Shown here: positions 11,715 through 24,477 of the stretch, piece by piece
Layout: each line of letters begins with the position of its first letter
Numbering within the stretch: the first letter of the stretch is position 1
From: Eledone cirrhosa
Taxonomy: Eukaryota
Assembly (NCBI GenBank): GCA_964016885.1
Contig: OZ024740.1
Coordinates: forward strand, 280,240,001 to 280,304,000
Length of the DNA stretch: 64,000 nucleotides
Direction: 5' to 3'
The notes under the pieces: model-generated
Told to the model about the DNA's origin: nothing
Seen by the model: the letters and a program-made list of their open reading frames with translations, nothing else
Databases searched by the model: none
Made by a program: the position numbers and the translations under genes

Positions 11715-11920
11715 GGAAGAATCGGTAGAGGGTCGGACCAAATGCTTCGTGGTATAGAATTACAGCCTTTTACATTCTGATTTCAAATCCCGCCGAGGTT
11801 AGCTTTGCCTTTCATCTTTTATGGCTTGATAACATAAAGTACCAGTAAGCACTGGGGTCGATTTAATCGCCACGGCCCTTCATATTGCTGGCCTTGTGCC
11901 TAATGTAGAAAAAAAAATTA
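11715..11920 (+). mobile_element. tRNA-headed SINE (octopus-type family)
   Basis: ttcaaatcccgccgaggttagctttgcctttcatc...aaagtaccagt...cactggggtcgattt, a sequence repeated many times in the window. Confidence 0.8.
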
Positions 11921-12435
11921 TTGAATTTAAAGGAATTTTCAAAAATTCTTATAAGAATTAAGTTAAAGCAGAATATACAAAATACCAAAAATTCTATATC
12001 CTAATTCGCTATCAGTCGCTCGGGACAAGATAACCACAAGGATAGAAAACGTACTTGTCGCTAGGGACATGGCAGCCATCCATATAAAACCTCCCCCCAA
12101 ACAATTGGCATTAGGGTTATGATAGACCCCAAGATAAAATGTCACTAGGGTCATGATAATCATCAGAATGTAAACACCGTCAAAACCGGGAATATAATAT
12201 TAACCAGGATGCAAAAATCCCCATATGATAGGGATGTGATAATAACCAGGATGCAAAAAGACGACTCAATGAACAAAGCTAATATAGTCAATATCATAAA
12301 ACTGGTTTGTTGGAATGTGACGCTCGACCCTACATTAACAAATTAGAGATAATTTGTTTTCTTTTTTTTGGCAACATCGCAATAAAATTAACTTAACCGG
12401 TAGTGCTGGATATTACAACTACAAAATCGAAATAT

Positions 12436-12805
<370 letters not shown>

Positions 12806-12925
12806 TTTCAGCTGCTTAAGAAGTCCCCGAGCTTAGGTCAAATAAAAGATTCTCATACCAGACTTAGTTGGAAGCTTTTGTTGATCTAAAGAACAATAAC
12901 ATTATGACTCTTCCATCCCCCCCCC

Positions 12926-13581
12926 CCCGAGGTTAACTTTGCCTTTCATCCTTACGGGGTCGATAAAATAAAGTACCAGTAATACACTGGGTAATTGCTG
13001 GCCTTGTGCCAAAAAGTAGAAACAATTATTATAACGCCGAGGTTAACTTTGCCTTTCATCCTTACGGGGTCGATAAAATAAAGTACCAGTTATGCGCTGA
13101 GTAATTGCTGGCCTTGTGCCAAAAAGTAGAAACAATTATTATAACGCCGAGGTTAACTTTGCCTTTCATCCTTACGGGGTCGATAAAATAAAGTACCAGT
13201 AATGCGCTGAGTAATTGCTGGCCTTGTGCCAAAAAGTAGAAACAATTATTATAACGCCGAGGTTAACTTTGCCTTTCATCCTTACGGGGGTCGATAAAAT
13301 AAAGTACCAGTTATGCGCTGAGTAATTGCTGGCCTTGTGCCAAAAAGTAGAAACAATTATTATAACGCCGAGGTTAACTTTGCCTTTCATCCTTACGGGG
13401 TCGATAAAATAAAGTACCAGTAATGCGCTGAGTAATTGCTGGCCTTGTGCCAAAAAGTAGAAACAATTATTATAACGCCGAGGTTAACTTTGCCTTTCAT
13501 CCTTACGGGGGTCGATAAAATAAAGTACCAGTTATGCGCTGAGTAATTGCTGGCCTTGTGCCAAAAAGTAGAAACAATTAT
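12926..13581 (+). repeat. Tandem array of six roughly 110-bp SINE-derived units
   Basis: Unit cgccgaggttaactttgcc...gtagaaacaattattataa begins near 12926, 13035, 13145, 13255, 13366 and 13476. Confidence 0.95.
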
Positions 13582-13959
13582 AGCTCTTCCAGCGCATCTC
13601 CTTTACCATCCTCCCTGGAAACGCTTTCTCCACTCTGTCCGCCAGGGCTGTGGGGCGGCCAGCACGTGGGACCCCGTTTGCTTACTATACAGAGAGAGAT
13701 GGGGGGAGGGCGAGAGAGATGGGGGCGATGACAGTGGAAGTTCGGCTCTTCCGTGTTTGGACACATTGCATTTGTCATGTGGATCATGTGAGTTAACCAT
13801 TGACTGAACTGGGTGAAATGGGTGAAAACGAATCGTAAATGACATAGGAAAGTATGTCTCTGGTAGATTTAGTTCTACGGAAACTACACCAGAGGATACT
13901 AAAGACGGAGTGGGACAAGGTATTGAAGGAGTTGGTTGATACTGTTTGTATTATCTTTG

Positions 13960-14265
13960 CAGCGGTGAGTTGGAAGTATCGGTAGAGCGTCAGACACCAT
14001 ACTTTGCAGCATAGAGTTAGGGCCCTTCATGATCTGAGTTCAAATCCCGCCGAGGTTGACTTGGCCTTTTATCCTTACGGGGTCGATAAAATAAAGTACC
14101 AGTCATGCACTGGGGTGGACTAAAACGACTTTATCCTCCCCCAAAATTGCTCGCCTTGTGCCTTTATAAGAAACCATTATCTTTGCGGGGGTCAATAAAA
14201 TAAAGTACCAGTAATGCACTGAGGTCGATTTAATCGACTTTTTCCTCCCCCCCCCCCAAACGATT
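13960..14265 (+). mobile_element. tRNA-headed SINE plus duplicated 3' part
   Basis: gcggtgagttggaagtatcggtagagcg...gagttcaaatcccgccgagg; the body is repeated at 14187-14265. Confidence 0.8.
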
Positions 14266-14943
14266 ATCTTTGTGGTGTTAGAAGGGACAGAGATACATTG
14301 GTAGTTTCTAGAATCAGAGATATTGCTGTCTTTAGGGATGGGATACACAGTAAGGTATTTCCACCAAAAGTATATCAACTTTAGAATGTATGTATATATA
14401 TATATATGAATAAATTTAGTCCTTCATCAGTGATCTTCCAACCTTCATTGGTATTTCATCGCTTTAAAGACCATATACCTCCGGTTGGTGCGAGCAACGG
14501 CTAAAGAAAGTCGTTGGGACACGTAAATAGGGGGAACGAGCGAGACAGTAAACAATCAAAGATGGTAATGCAAAGAAAAGTGAGGAAGAAGGAGTCAAGT
14601 CCCTGAAATCGATGAGCATAAGTTCTGTGAAATCGTAGACGAGAGAGAATAAAGATCATACGACCTGGTCGAAATGTGCGTGAGGAAAGAATCTCGCACA
14701 GGGAAAACGGGAGGAAGTAGGAGAGGGAGTAGCAGAGAGTGAGTGAGTGAGTGAGTGAGTGAGTGAGTGAAAGTGTGAGGAAGAGGCTAACAGAGAGAGA
14801 GAGAGAGTGACTGTTAGAGGGGGTAAAAGGAAGTGAGAGATACAGAGAAAAGGGGAAGCAGTAAGAAAGAAACAGACGGGTCAGAGCGGAGGAAATTATA
14901 TATGCATATGAAAACATGGCGTTCTGCGTGGTTGCAAATGGGT

Positions 14944-15004
<61 letters not shown>

Positions 15005-15008
<4 letters not shown>

Positions 15009-15490
15009 GGAGAGAGAGAGAGAGAGGGAGAGAGAGAGGAATGAGAAATGGAGAGTAAGAGAGAGAGAGAGAGAGGGAGAGGGAGAGAGAGAGGAATGAG
15101 AAATGGAGAGTAAGAGAGAGAGAGAGAATAAGAGAGAGAGAGAGAGAGAGGAATGAAAGAGAAAGAGAGAGTAATAGAGAGGGAGAGAGAGGAATGAGAA
15201 ATAGAGAGTAAGAGAGAGAGGAATAAAAGAGAAAGAGAGAGAGAGAGAGAGAGAGTAAGAGAGAGAAAGAGAGTAAGAGAGAGAGAGGAGTGAGAGAGAA
15301 AGAGAGAAGAGAGAGACAGAGGAATGAGACAGAAAGAGAGAGAGATGAATAAGAGAGAAAGATTCGAGAGTAAGAGAGGGAGAGGGAGAGAGAGAGAGAG
15401 AGTAAGAGAGAAAGAGAAAGAGAGAGAGAGAAAAAGAGAGAGATAGAGGGAGAGAGAGAGAGGAGGAATGAGAGAGAAAGATAGAGCGAT
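15005..15490. repeat. GA-rich degenerate microsatellite/minisatellite
   Basis: Recurrent gagagaggaatgagaaatggagagtaa units. Confidence 0.9.
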
Positions 15491-16069
15491 AGATGCTTAG
15501 ATAGATGCTTACTCTCGGGTCTCGAATTATCGCCCCCACCGCTTATTGAATTTTTCTATTCTATCTCCGGCGAATTTTTATTCTAAGTAGTAGCATTCCT
15601 GCGACAATTAATTTTCTTTATACGTTAAAAACATTATACATGACAAAAAAGTACATCACATGGTACACCTCATGGACTCGTTATAAAATAATTAGGATGG
15701 GTTGAGGTCTCAATATGTAAACTAAACAACTAATTCTGGTTTCTAAAAAAATCAGCTGAGTTAACCTAGAAAAATTACCGATTTTCCAGCCTCTTATAAT
15801 TTGGAACCCGAATTTAGATAGAAAGATTGAAGTGTTTGTCAAAGGTAAAAATAGAAACACTCTCAAGATCACGTTGATGACATATGATGGAGAGTACATC
15901 GTCTGGATTAGTTGCTTTGTTGGGGTTAAAGTGATCGGATAAGTTTCCGTACTTGGCGAATGTGTGCATAGTGGTAAAACTGTGGCAGAGAGTTTATTGA
16001 ACGCATGGAATCAGGGGTTGTAGGTGAAGTGAGTAGCAAGCTACGGAAGATTTTTTGTGACGAGTTTGC

Positions 16070-17095
16070 AATTCCTTCTCGTCCTCTCCTACGACTCCAC
16101 CCGGCTCTCATCCTTGTTCTCGTCCCCGCTGTAACACTTGTCATTTTATTTCCACCCTCACCATTCTCACAGGCCCCAACGGGTCATTCCGTATCCTCCA
16201 CTTCTTCACCTGCACCTACACCCACGTTGTTTAAACCCTCCGGTGTTCCCTTTGCAAGTCCCTATAAATCGGACAAACGGTACGCCGTTTGGCGGACTGT
16301 TTTGCTGAACATTTGAGGGACATACGACTCGGTTTGGATACTCCCGTCGCTCGTCATTTCTGTTCTCCTGGTCATTCTTCCTTACATGTTTCAGTCCTGG
16401 GTGTCCTTTTACATCACGGATCACAGACCTTGTGCACCAGGACTGAACAAAGTCTGATTTACCGCCTTGGCTTCCATTTCCCTCATGGACTCAACTCCCC
16501 TCCCCAATTTCTTTAATACCCTGTCAGTTATCTCACACGAGTTTGTACATTCACCCCTAGATTCCTATGGTTCTTTTATGGAAAGAAACATATACTCTTA
16601 CAGCTAATACAGACCAACAAAATACGCACACTACTTTTCCCTTCACAGCTCTGTATATACACACATGTCCTCTTAGCTTCGTACGCACGTATAACACACA
16701 CACACGCACACACACATACACACATACACACACACATACCTACACACACACACACGCATATAGCTGCACACATATAGCTCTATATACAAAAGAGTTTTTT
16801 TCCATTTCAAGTAGACGCGCTCCATCATTTCTAAAAAAGTATATAATATACAAAACGCCAGCATCAACAGTTTTCCAAGAGATGTCAACACGAATGGACC
16901 TGTTATTTTTCTCTAAAAACATTTTTTCCGATTCCGCTTCGCCCGTCCCTTCAGTCTTTCTAATTTCTCATTCTTTCTTCTGATCACGGACTAGCGTCCG
17001 AAATATTAAGACCTTCCTTCTATTTCAAGCGTTAACCTAATATATTCCTTCCATATACTGTACCGATTATGTTGTTATTTCTGTTTACCTTTTGC
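16070..17095 (+). mobile_element. 5'-truncated Neptune-like PLE: Cys linker, GIY-YIG remnant and pseudo-LTR with a hammerhead-like motif
   Basis: Peptides PCSRPRCNTCHFI and GQTVRRLADCFAEHLRDIR...PVARHF...EQSLIYRLGFHFPHGLN. Motif tctt-CTGATCA-cggac tagc gtcc-GAAA-tatt-aaga at 16976-17011. Confidence 0.8.
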
Positions 17096-17335
17096 ATATA
17101 TATATATATATACATGATTTATATATATATTATCTATTATGTAGGATTTCATACGAATGAAATAGTTCTAGTCCTGTAGAAGTCATTTCTATATAAAATA
17201 AAAAAATGCCTATATTCTACGAATGTATTGTGTACCTTTCCTAACTATGGTTACCTCCGTCCCAACTCGGGAATCTACATATCATATCATATCATATCAT
17301 ATCATATCATATCATATCATATCATATCATATCAT

Positions 17336-17371
<36 letters not shown>

Positions 17372-17565
17372 AGAAAAAATTTGGTCGTTCCGACTGCTGC
17401 TAGTGATAGTAGCCGCCGATTTGACCTACCTCCCTCTGCCTCTATCTTTACTTCGGCCCTTGAAAAAATTGATTCCACTTCATTCACTCTCATCTCGGGA
17501 ACAGTTTTGGATAGCGCTAGTTCGTAATTTAAATTCAAGAATTTTATATTCTTCGAATGAAAAGA

Positions 17566-17648
17566 ACCTTCTGACGAGAATCTTTCTTTGCAACGAAGGC
17601 CGTATGGTCTCCGTTTATTTTTGGGATTCGAAACCGATCGGTAAAGGT
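17566..17648 (+). ncRNA. Type I hammerhead ribozyme with intact core and long stem II, inside a roughly 350-bp unit (17367-17717) between (TA)n tracts
   Basis: acctt-CTGACGA-gaatct...ggattc-GAAA-ccgatcgg-TA|aaggt. Perfect stem I, palindromic stem III, GUA triplet, predicted cut after 17643. Confidence 0.85.
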
Positions 17649-17715
17649 AACTATAGTAGGTAAAGTCAATTTTTAAAAATTTATTTTGAAACTTTTTCAT
17701 TATTTGCTAAACCTT

Positions 17716-17769
<54 letters not shown>

Positions 17770-17920
17770 TTATTTAGGTTTGTTGGTTCACCACTGGATA
17801 GAATTGGTCATTCCGTATGGTCAATCTCGATGTAATATTATGGAGAGTACTCAACGTAAAGCAGTTCAACCGCCTTCGTTTGTGTAGTTGGTGGTGCGAG
17901 TAATGAGTTAATTATTATAA

Positions 17921-18259
17921 TAAAATAACAGGAGGCTGGACTTGTGTAAATCCTTGAAAGGTTTATTATACCATGATCACTTCAATGACCGGGTTCCGTA
18001 TGAATCCGGTAATATCATCAGGTATTCTAAATATAACAAAGGAATATAACAGATAAAATCCATGGAGCTGAAAATCATAGACAAGAGGACGACCGACCAT
18101 TTAGCATCTTCCACTTTAGTCGGTCGCCCTCAAGTGTATATTCCTTTGTTATATTTCGAATACCTGATGATATCACCGGATTCATACGGAACCCGGTCAT
18201 TGAAGTGATCATGGTATAATAAACCTTTCAAGGATTTACGCAAGTCCAGCCTCCTGTTA

Positions 18260-18263
<4 letters not shown>
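17921..18263. mobile_element. Fold-back element (arms 17921-18051 and 18135-18263) with degenerate hammerhead
   Basis: CTGATGA-tatcaccggattcatac-GGAA-cccgg-TC at 18164-18198; abuts (TA)n. Confidence 0.75.
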
Positions 18264-18309
<46 letters not shown>

Positions 18310-18324
<15 letters not shown>

Positions 18325-19082
18325 GAGGATGTCTGTCTGTGTGTCTGTTTCCCTAAAACTCGAGAAGTACCCAACCATTATTTTTCAAACTCTACACATG
18401 TAACCCGTATGGCCCCGGAAGTGTTTTGAGCAAAACAAATTTCAAATTATTCTGACCTAGGCATCGAATTAGTGAAGTGGCCAATGTCTGTACATAATGA
18501 GGGAGTGAGAGGGGAGAGAAAGAAACGGAGAGGCGAAGTGAAGAAGTGGCTCTCTATCCCTCCTCCTCCTCCCCATTCGTCACAGCGTTTTTCGATAGAG
18601 GGGGAGAAATGTGAACGAGTTACAGAGAGAAAGAGTGAGAGTGAAAGAAACAGACAGACTAAAAGAGGGGGATAGCGGGAGAGAGGAGTGACAGACGCCG
18701 TCTTTTGAGAGTTGTATGCGTCAAATATACATGACAGTGGAATAACTATTGCGCGTGTGTGTACGTGCGCGTGTGTGTGTACGTGCGCGTGTGTGTGTGT
18801 GAGTTTGTGTGCGTTTGCATGCGTGAGTGTGTATGTCTGCGTGAGTGATTATAAACTCTCTCACATGGTCTGATGGAATTAACTCTTTAGCATTTACATT
18901 ACTCTATATATACTATATTATTTTCATGGTAAAGGCTTTATCTCACATAATCTAAAAATCTCATAGATTTAATATTATTTATTTTGAGAACAATACCTTA
19001 ACCCTTTAGTATTAATGTGAGTGGGTTATAAAGAGAAAGAGTGAGAGTGAAAGAAACAGACAGACTAAAAGAGGGGGATAGC

Positions 19083-19129
<47 letters not shown>

Positions 19130-21420
19130 GCTGGAAGAGGGGAAGGAAATATATATGTCTTGTTGTCTGCATTACGATACATATATATACACACACACAC
19201 TGATCGTGTCATAATGACGTAATGCAGACATCAGACATACAGACAAATATTATAAGGGCGCAACGTTATATCTATGTATCTATCTAAAAAGAAAGACTAA
19301 GAATTATAGAGAGAGATCGCTAAATCGCCTAATGCGGTCCCTAGGGCATTGAAAATTTGAAATATCTTTTGCTCAAAACACTCACAGGACCATAAGTATT
19401 ACATGTGTAAAGTTTGAAAACAATCGGTTGGGTGGTTCTCAAGTTTTAGTGAGCTGACAGACAGACAGACAGACATTCTCCTGTTTTAGATATATAGATA
19501 TATATATAATTATATATTCGTGTACAGATATTTTTGCATACACAATAACAAAATATAAATAAACGTATTTATTTCACGAGGCTCAATAAGGATAAATATA
19601 TATCAAATATATAAGAACCCTAGAGCAAATCCCGAGTAACGCCGGGCCATTCTGCTAGTCTACTTATATATATAACCAGCAATTTCTCTGTCTGTCTGTC
19701 CGACAGTGGAAACACGTGCGTAGAGAGAGAGTGAGAGTGAAAGAAAGAGACAGACTACGAGAGGGGGATAGCGGGAGGGAGAGAGGGAGAGAGAGAGAGT
19801 GAATAGACGCTAAAACACGTGCTACAGAAACATTACCTTCCCCTCTCCATTGACTTTGGTCACTGAGGCCGATGGAATCGCTGGTTGCTATAGAGAGACC
19901 TTGCACAAGCCAGAAGTAACCAGTTCGAGGCGGTTCTGACTTGACACCATGCGAAGAAGGTTGCCATTGAATTTGTGGTTGTTGCTGCTGATAATAAGGA
20001 CCATTTGAAGAAGGTTGCTGCTGATGAGGTAATTTATTAATCAGATTGCGCAGATCCATAACCTACGTTTGATTTGTTCAATTTTTTTCTTCAATTTTTT
20101 TTGTTGTTTTTTTTTAAATTTCTTATTGAAAAAATATAAATAATAAAATAAGGTTAGAAATTTAAATACAATTAAATACGATTTAATTTCCATTTCCAGC
20201 AGCCAATGTCCAGTGTTCAATTTCATGAAAAAATTGGAAATAATTAAAAAAATTGAAGTTTAACTTTTGAACATTTGTTTTGACAATAAAAAATATTTCC
20301 TTATTCACACCTAATGGTATGATTAAAATTTCATAGGAATATTTTTTTTTTAACCGCCAGTTATTTAAATATTATTAAAAATAAATTTTTTTTTTTACAA
20401 GAATGGAAGATTTTGTGGATTTTTTTACCACCTTCCAAGCCTTAAACACTAATTCTCGCGAATTTGTGTTTTGTAATGACCCTCAGGACGCTGCTATTGT
20501 TGATTCCAATAGTGCCTGGTATTCGAATATGTTAGTATACAATTTTTTAAATAAAATTAAGGCGCAATTAGAGCTGCCAAACAAAATTTTTTTCGGCTTC
20601 GGCCCATATTATATATATATATAATGGGGATGATGATGATCATATACATAGTTACATATGTATATGTAATCTCCTTATAATATATAACCAGCAATTTCTC
20701 TGTCTGTCTGTCCGACAGTGGAAACACGTGCGCGCGTGTGAATGTTTTTTGCGCACGCGTAGAGAGAGAGAGTGAGAGTGAAAGAAAGAGAAGACTACGA
20801 GAGGGGGATAGCGGGAGGAAGAGAGGGAGAGAGAGAGAGTGAATAGACGCTAAAACACGTGCGCGCGTGCGAATGTTTTTTGCGCACGCGTAGATAGAGA
20901 GTAAGAGTGAAAGAAAGAGACAGACTACAAGAGGGGGATAGCGGGAGGGAGAGAGGGGGAATTGAGGAGTGCTACAGAAACATATATACATTTCTGTGTG
21001 TGTGTAATATATATATATATACACACACAGAAATATATATATATACGCACAGAAATATATATACATTTCTGTGTGTGTAATATATATATATACACACAGA
21101 AATATATATACATTTCTGTGTGTGTAATATATATATATACTAGCAGAAAACCACCCACCGGGTGGTTTTCTGCTAGTATATATATAAAACAGAGAATTTC
21201 TGTCTGTCTGTCTGCCTCCCTAAAACTCGAGAACCACCCAACCGATTTTTTTCAAACTTTACACATGTAATACTTATGGTCCTGTGAGTGTTTTGAGCAA
21301 AATATATTTCAAATTTTCAATGCTCTAGGGACCGCATTAGGCAGCTATAACGTCATGCCCTTATAATATCTGTCTGTATGTCTGGCTGTCTGCATTATGA
21401 CATTATGACAAACATTGTTC
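18310..21420 (+). mobile_element. Cluster of tandem and rearranged non-autonomous Helitrons
   Basis: Repeated 5' ends (tatataa...tgtctgtctg) at about 18310, 19659, 20670 and 21178. 3' end with hairpin plus CTAG at cccgagtaacgccggg...ctgctag|t (19658) and at 21176. Inverted 5' end at 19333-19498. Confidence 0.75.
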
Positions 21421-21559
21421 TCATTGATGACCTATTATCTTCGCTTTTTTCCGTTCATTGCCAGGGAACGTCTTCATGAACCAAAGTATTGTCTTCCTGT
21501 TTTCCTTCGGTTGCAATGTTTTTCGAAATATTTACTTCTGCGTTCACAGATTGATTTTT

Positions 21560-22042
21560 TGGTGCTCTGAAATAGCGATGTATACATGAATGTATGTATA
21601 GTATATTTGGTAATATACCATACGTTTAATTAAACACATTTTGAAGACCTTGCGCTATCATTTTAATGTAGTGACAAATATACTATACATACATTCATGT
21701 ATACATCGCTATTTCAGAGCACCAATTCTAATTTTTAATTTTTGCCGGACCGGCAATCGCTCTGTATAATCAGTTCCTGAGTATTACTGGAATTCTATAA
21801 GAATCCAGCCTCTATATTTTCGGCAGAGGTCGGCGAGTACGTTGCCCTGAGGAACACGAACAGTGTGAAACAGAATCTGTCAGCTTCTCTTCCTTCCTTT
21901 GCTGAAAAAAGAAGTAAGTGACGTAGTCACTACTTTAAAATGAGCGCCAGGTCTTCAAAATGTTTTTGATTAAACATACGGCATATTACCAAATATACTA
22001 TACATACAGTCATGTATACATCGCTATTTCAGAGCACCAATC

Positions 22043-22046
<4 letters not shown>
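21560..22046 (+). mobile_element. Roughly 315-bp-unit partial tandem element with inverted head and hammerhead
   Basis: aaatatactatacatac repeats at 21676 and 21991; 21560-21675 is inverted. Homologous to 38009-38770. Confidence 0.8.
21843..21886 (+). ncRNA. Type I hammerhead ribozyme
   Basis: gcc-CTGAGGA-acac gaaca gtgt-GAAA-cag aat ctg-TC|agc. GUC triplet, predicted cut after 21881. Confidence 0.8.
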
Positions 22047-22093
<47 letters not shown>

Positions 22094-22097
<4 letters not shown>

Positions 22098-22335
22098 ATA
22101 CTTTGGGAGGGTCATGTTGCCAATAAAACACACGCACCTGTTGGTTTTCACTTCAATTTATTATAAATTTCCGTTTAGCTGGCTGGTTCGGTAACCGGGA
22201 GGTTGTTTATATATTGTCAAAGCTCTTTCATCACATTTTCTGTGACCTCCTCAGTGACTAGGTTTATATTTTGTGTGTCTCTCGTTTGTTCTGTTCCAGA
22301 CCATCTTGTTTTTGTGACCCTCCCAAAGTATAACA
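22094..22335. mobile_element. 242-bp element with 21-bp perfect terminal inverted repeats and TG...CA ends (MITE or solo LTR)
   Basis: tgttatactttgggagggtca ... tgaccctcccaaagtataaca; flanks atat and gtat. Confidence 0.7.
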
Positions 22336-22392
22336 GTATCTGTTTCAACACACGTTTTCAGATAAGAAATCTCGGAAAACAGATTCAAAACC

Positions 22393-22440
<48 letters not shown>

Positions 22441-22509
22441 TATATAATTCAAATTAAAAGATATATATATATATATATATGAAGAGAGAGAAAGAGCCAT
22501 ATATCATTA

Positions 22510-22611
22510 GAGAAACATATAATATTTCTCTACTGTACCGTTTCATAGTTCGTAATCCGAAGCCAAAATACAAACCATGAAACGGTACAGTAGAGAAATA
22601 TTATATGTTTC
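22510..22611. repeat. Short fold-back (arms about 45 bp)
   Basis: gaaacatataatatttctctactgtaccgtttcat / atgaaacggtacagtagagaaatattatatgtttc. Confidence 0.85.
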
Positions 22612-23135
22612 TTGTAAAAGTAGTAAAATAAAAACTTTTCCACCTTAAAGTATGTACTTTTTCCTAAATATTATATTCTTTATATATATAGAGAGAGATT
22701 CGCGTCTACATGTTAAAACATATCTGAGGAGCTTCTGATTCCAGGAAAACGTACCTCTATAACTATGATACCATTTGATAATTTAGCTCCTCACACTCCA
22801 TCGGTCGAGCACAATTTAATTTGAATGGTCATATGCTGCACTTTCTAGCAGTTTTGTTCTTCCATTCAGACCACTAGATACAGTACTAAGCACGTATTTC
22901 TCTCATCGCGTGCGGAAGACTAGTTCCTAACTTATAATTAGACGCGCAAAACATTCTCTGAAACACCTGCGGATGATCGAGAGATAATGTGATTCTTGTA
23001 GCATATATATATATATATATATAAATGGAAGTTTAGTAAAATCGAAGCTTCGGCTGTAGCCAAGCCAACGAGATATAATGAGGTATTGCGCAGCAATGAG
23101 GAATCTCAGAATAATAACATTCGTTAGACGGCATG

Positions 23136-23178
<43 letters not shown>

Positions 23179-23261
23179 TGTCCTAGAAACGATCGTTAAA
23201 TAATGAACTTTTTTTGTTTAATATAAGGAACTGTTTCTTTGTTTTATTCATTATTTTTTTA

Positions 23262-23703
<442 letters not shown>

Positions 23704-23786
23704 CAAAGGAATTGTGGTAAGGAACCAGATGGACCATAACGCACCAGAGTACTCAATACTTAGGGTAGTAGAATGTGAAATAGGAT

Positions 23787-24092
23787 TTTTTTGTGTAGTT
23801 AATTATGCTAATTGGGAGAGGAAATGATGTATATATATTATCAAATGATTCTATGGACATACTTTACTATATATATATATATATATATATATGGGAAAAA
23901 ATATGACCCCGACGGCAGAACTCAAGCCTGGAAATAGCCGTCGAAACGGCTTGAGCTCTGCCGTCGGGGTCATACTTTTCCCCATATATATATATATATA
24001 TATATATATAGTAAAGTATGTCCATAGAATCATTTGATAATATATATACATCATTTCCTCTCCCAATTAGCATAATTAACTACACAAAAAAA
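23787..24092. repeat. Nested palindrome: outer arms 23787-23870 and 24010-24092, TA tracts, and an inner family-A hairpin at 23893-23983
   Basis: Direct reverse-complement matches. Confidence 0.9.
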
Positions 24093-24368
24093 AATCAATT
24101 AGACCAGGCTATAAGATTAAAAGGCACCTATGAAGAAACAGTAAATAAATAAACGATAGCAGCCTCTTCGCGGCCAACCGCTATAGAATATTTACCCAAC
24201 ATTTCAACAGTACGTGGGAATTAATTAAATATACGGTCAACCATACACAATTAGGTATAAAATTAAAGTTAGAAATGCTTATATACATACCTGGATTATA
24301 TGTATATATATATATATATATATATGTGCACATACACACACACATATGCACACACACACACACATTCG

Positions 24369-24475
<107 letters not shown>

Positions 24476-24477
24476 CA

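Noticed and set aside
12926-13581. CRISPR-like array
   Set aside because: Units are contiguous 110-bp SINE fragments with no unique spacers, there are no cas genes, and the context is eukaryotic.
22698-22760. Additional hammerhead-like motifs (CTGAGGA...GAAA near 22724; also near 5410, 14425, 14655, 38884 and 41590)
   Set aside because: The core or flanking stems are too degenerate or truncated to call without a family consensus.
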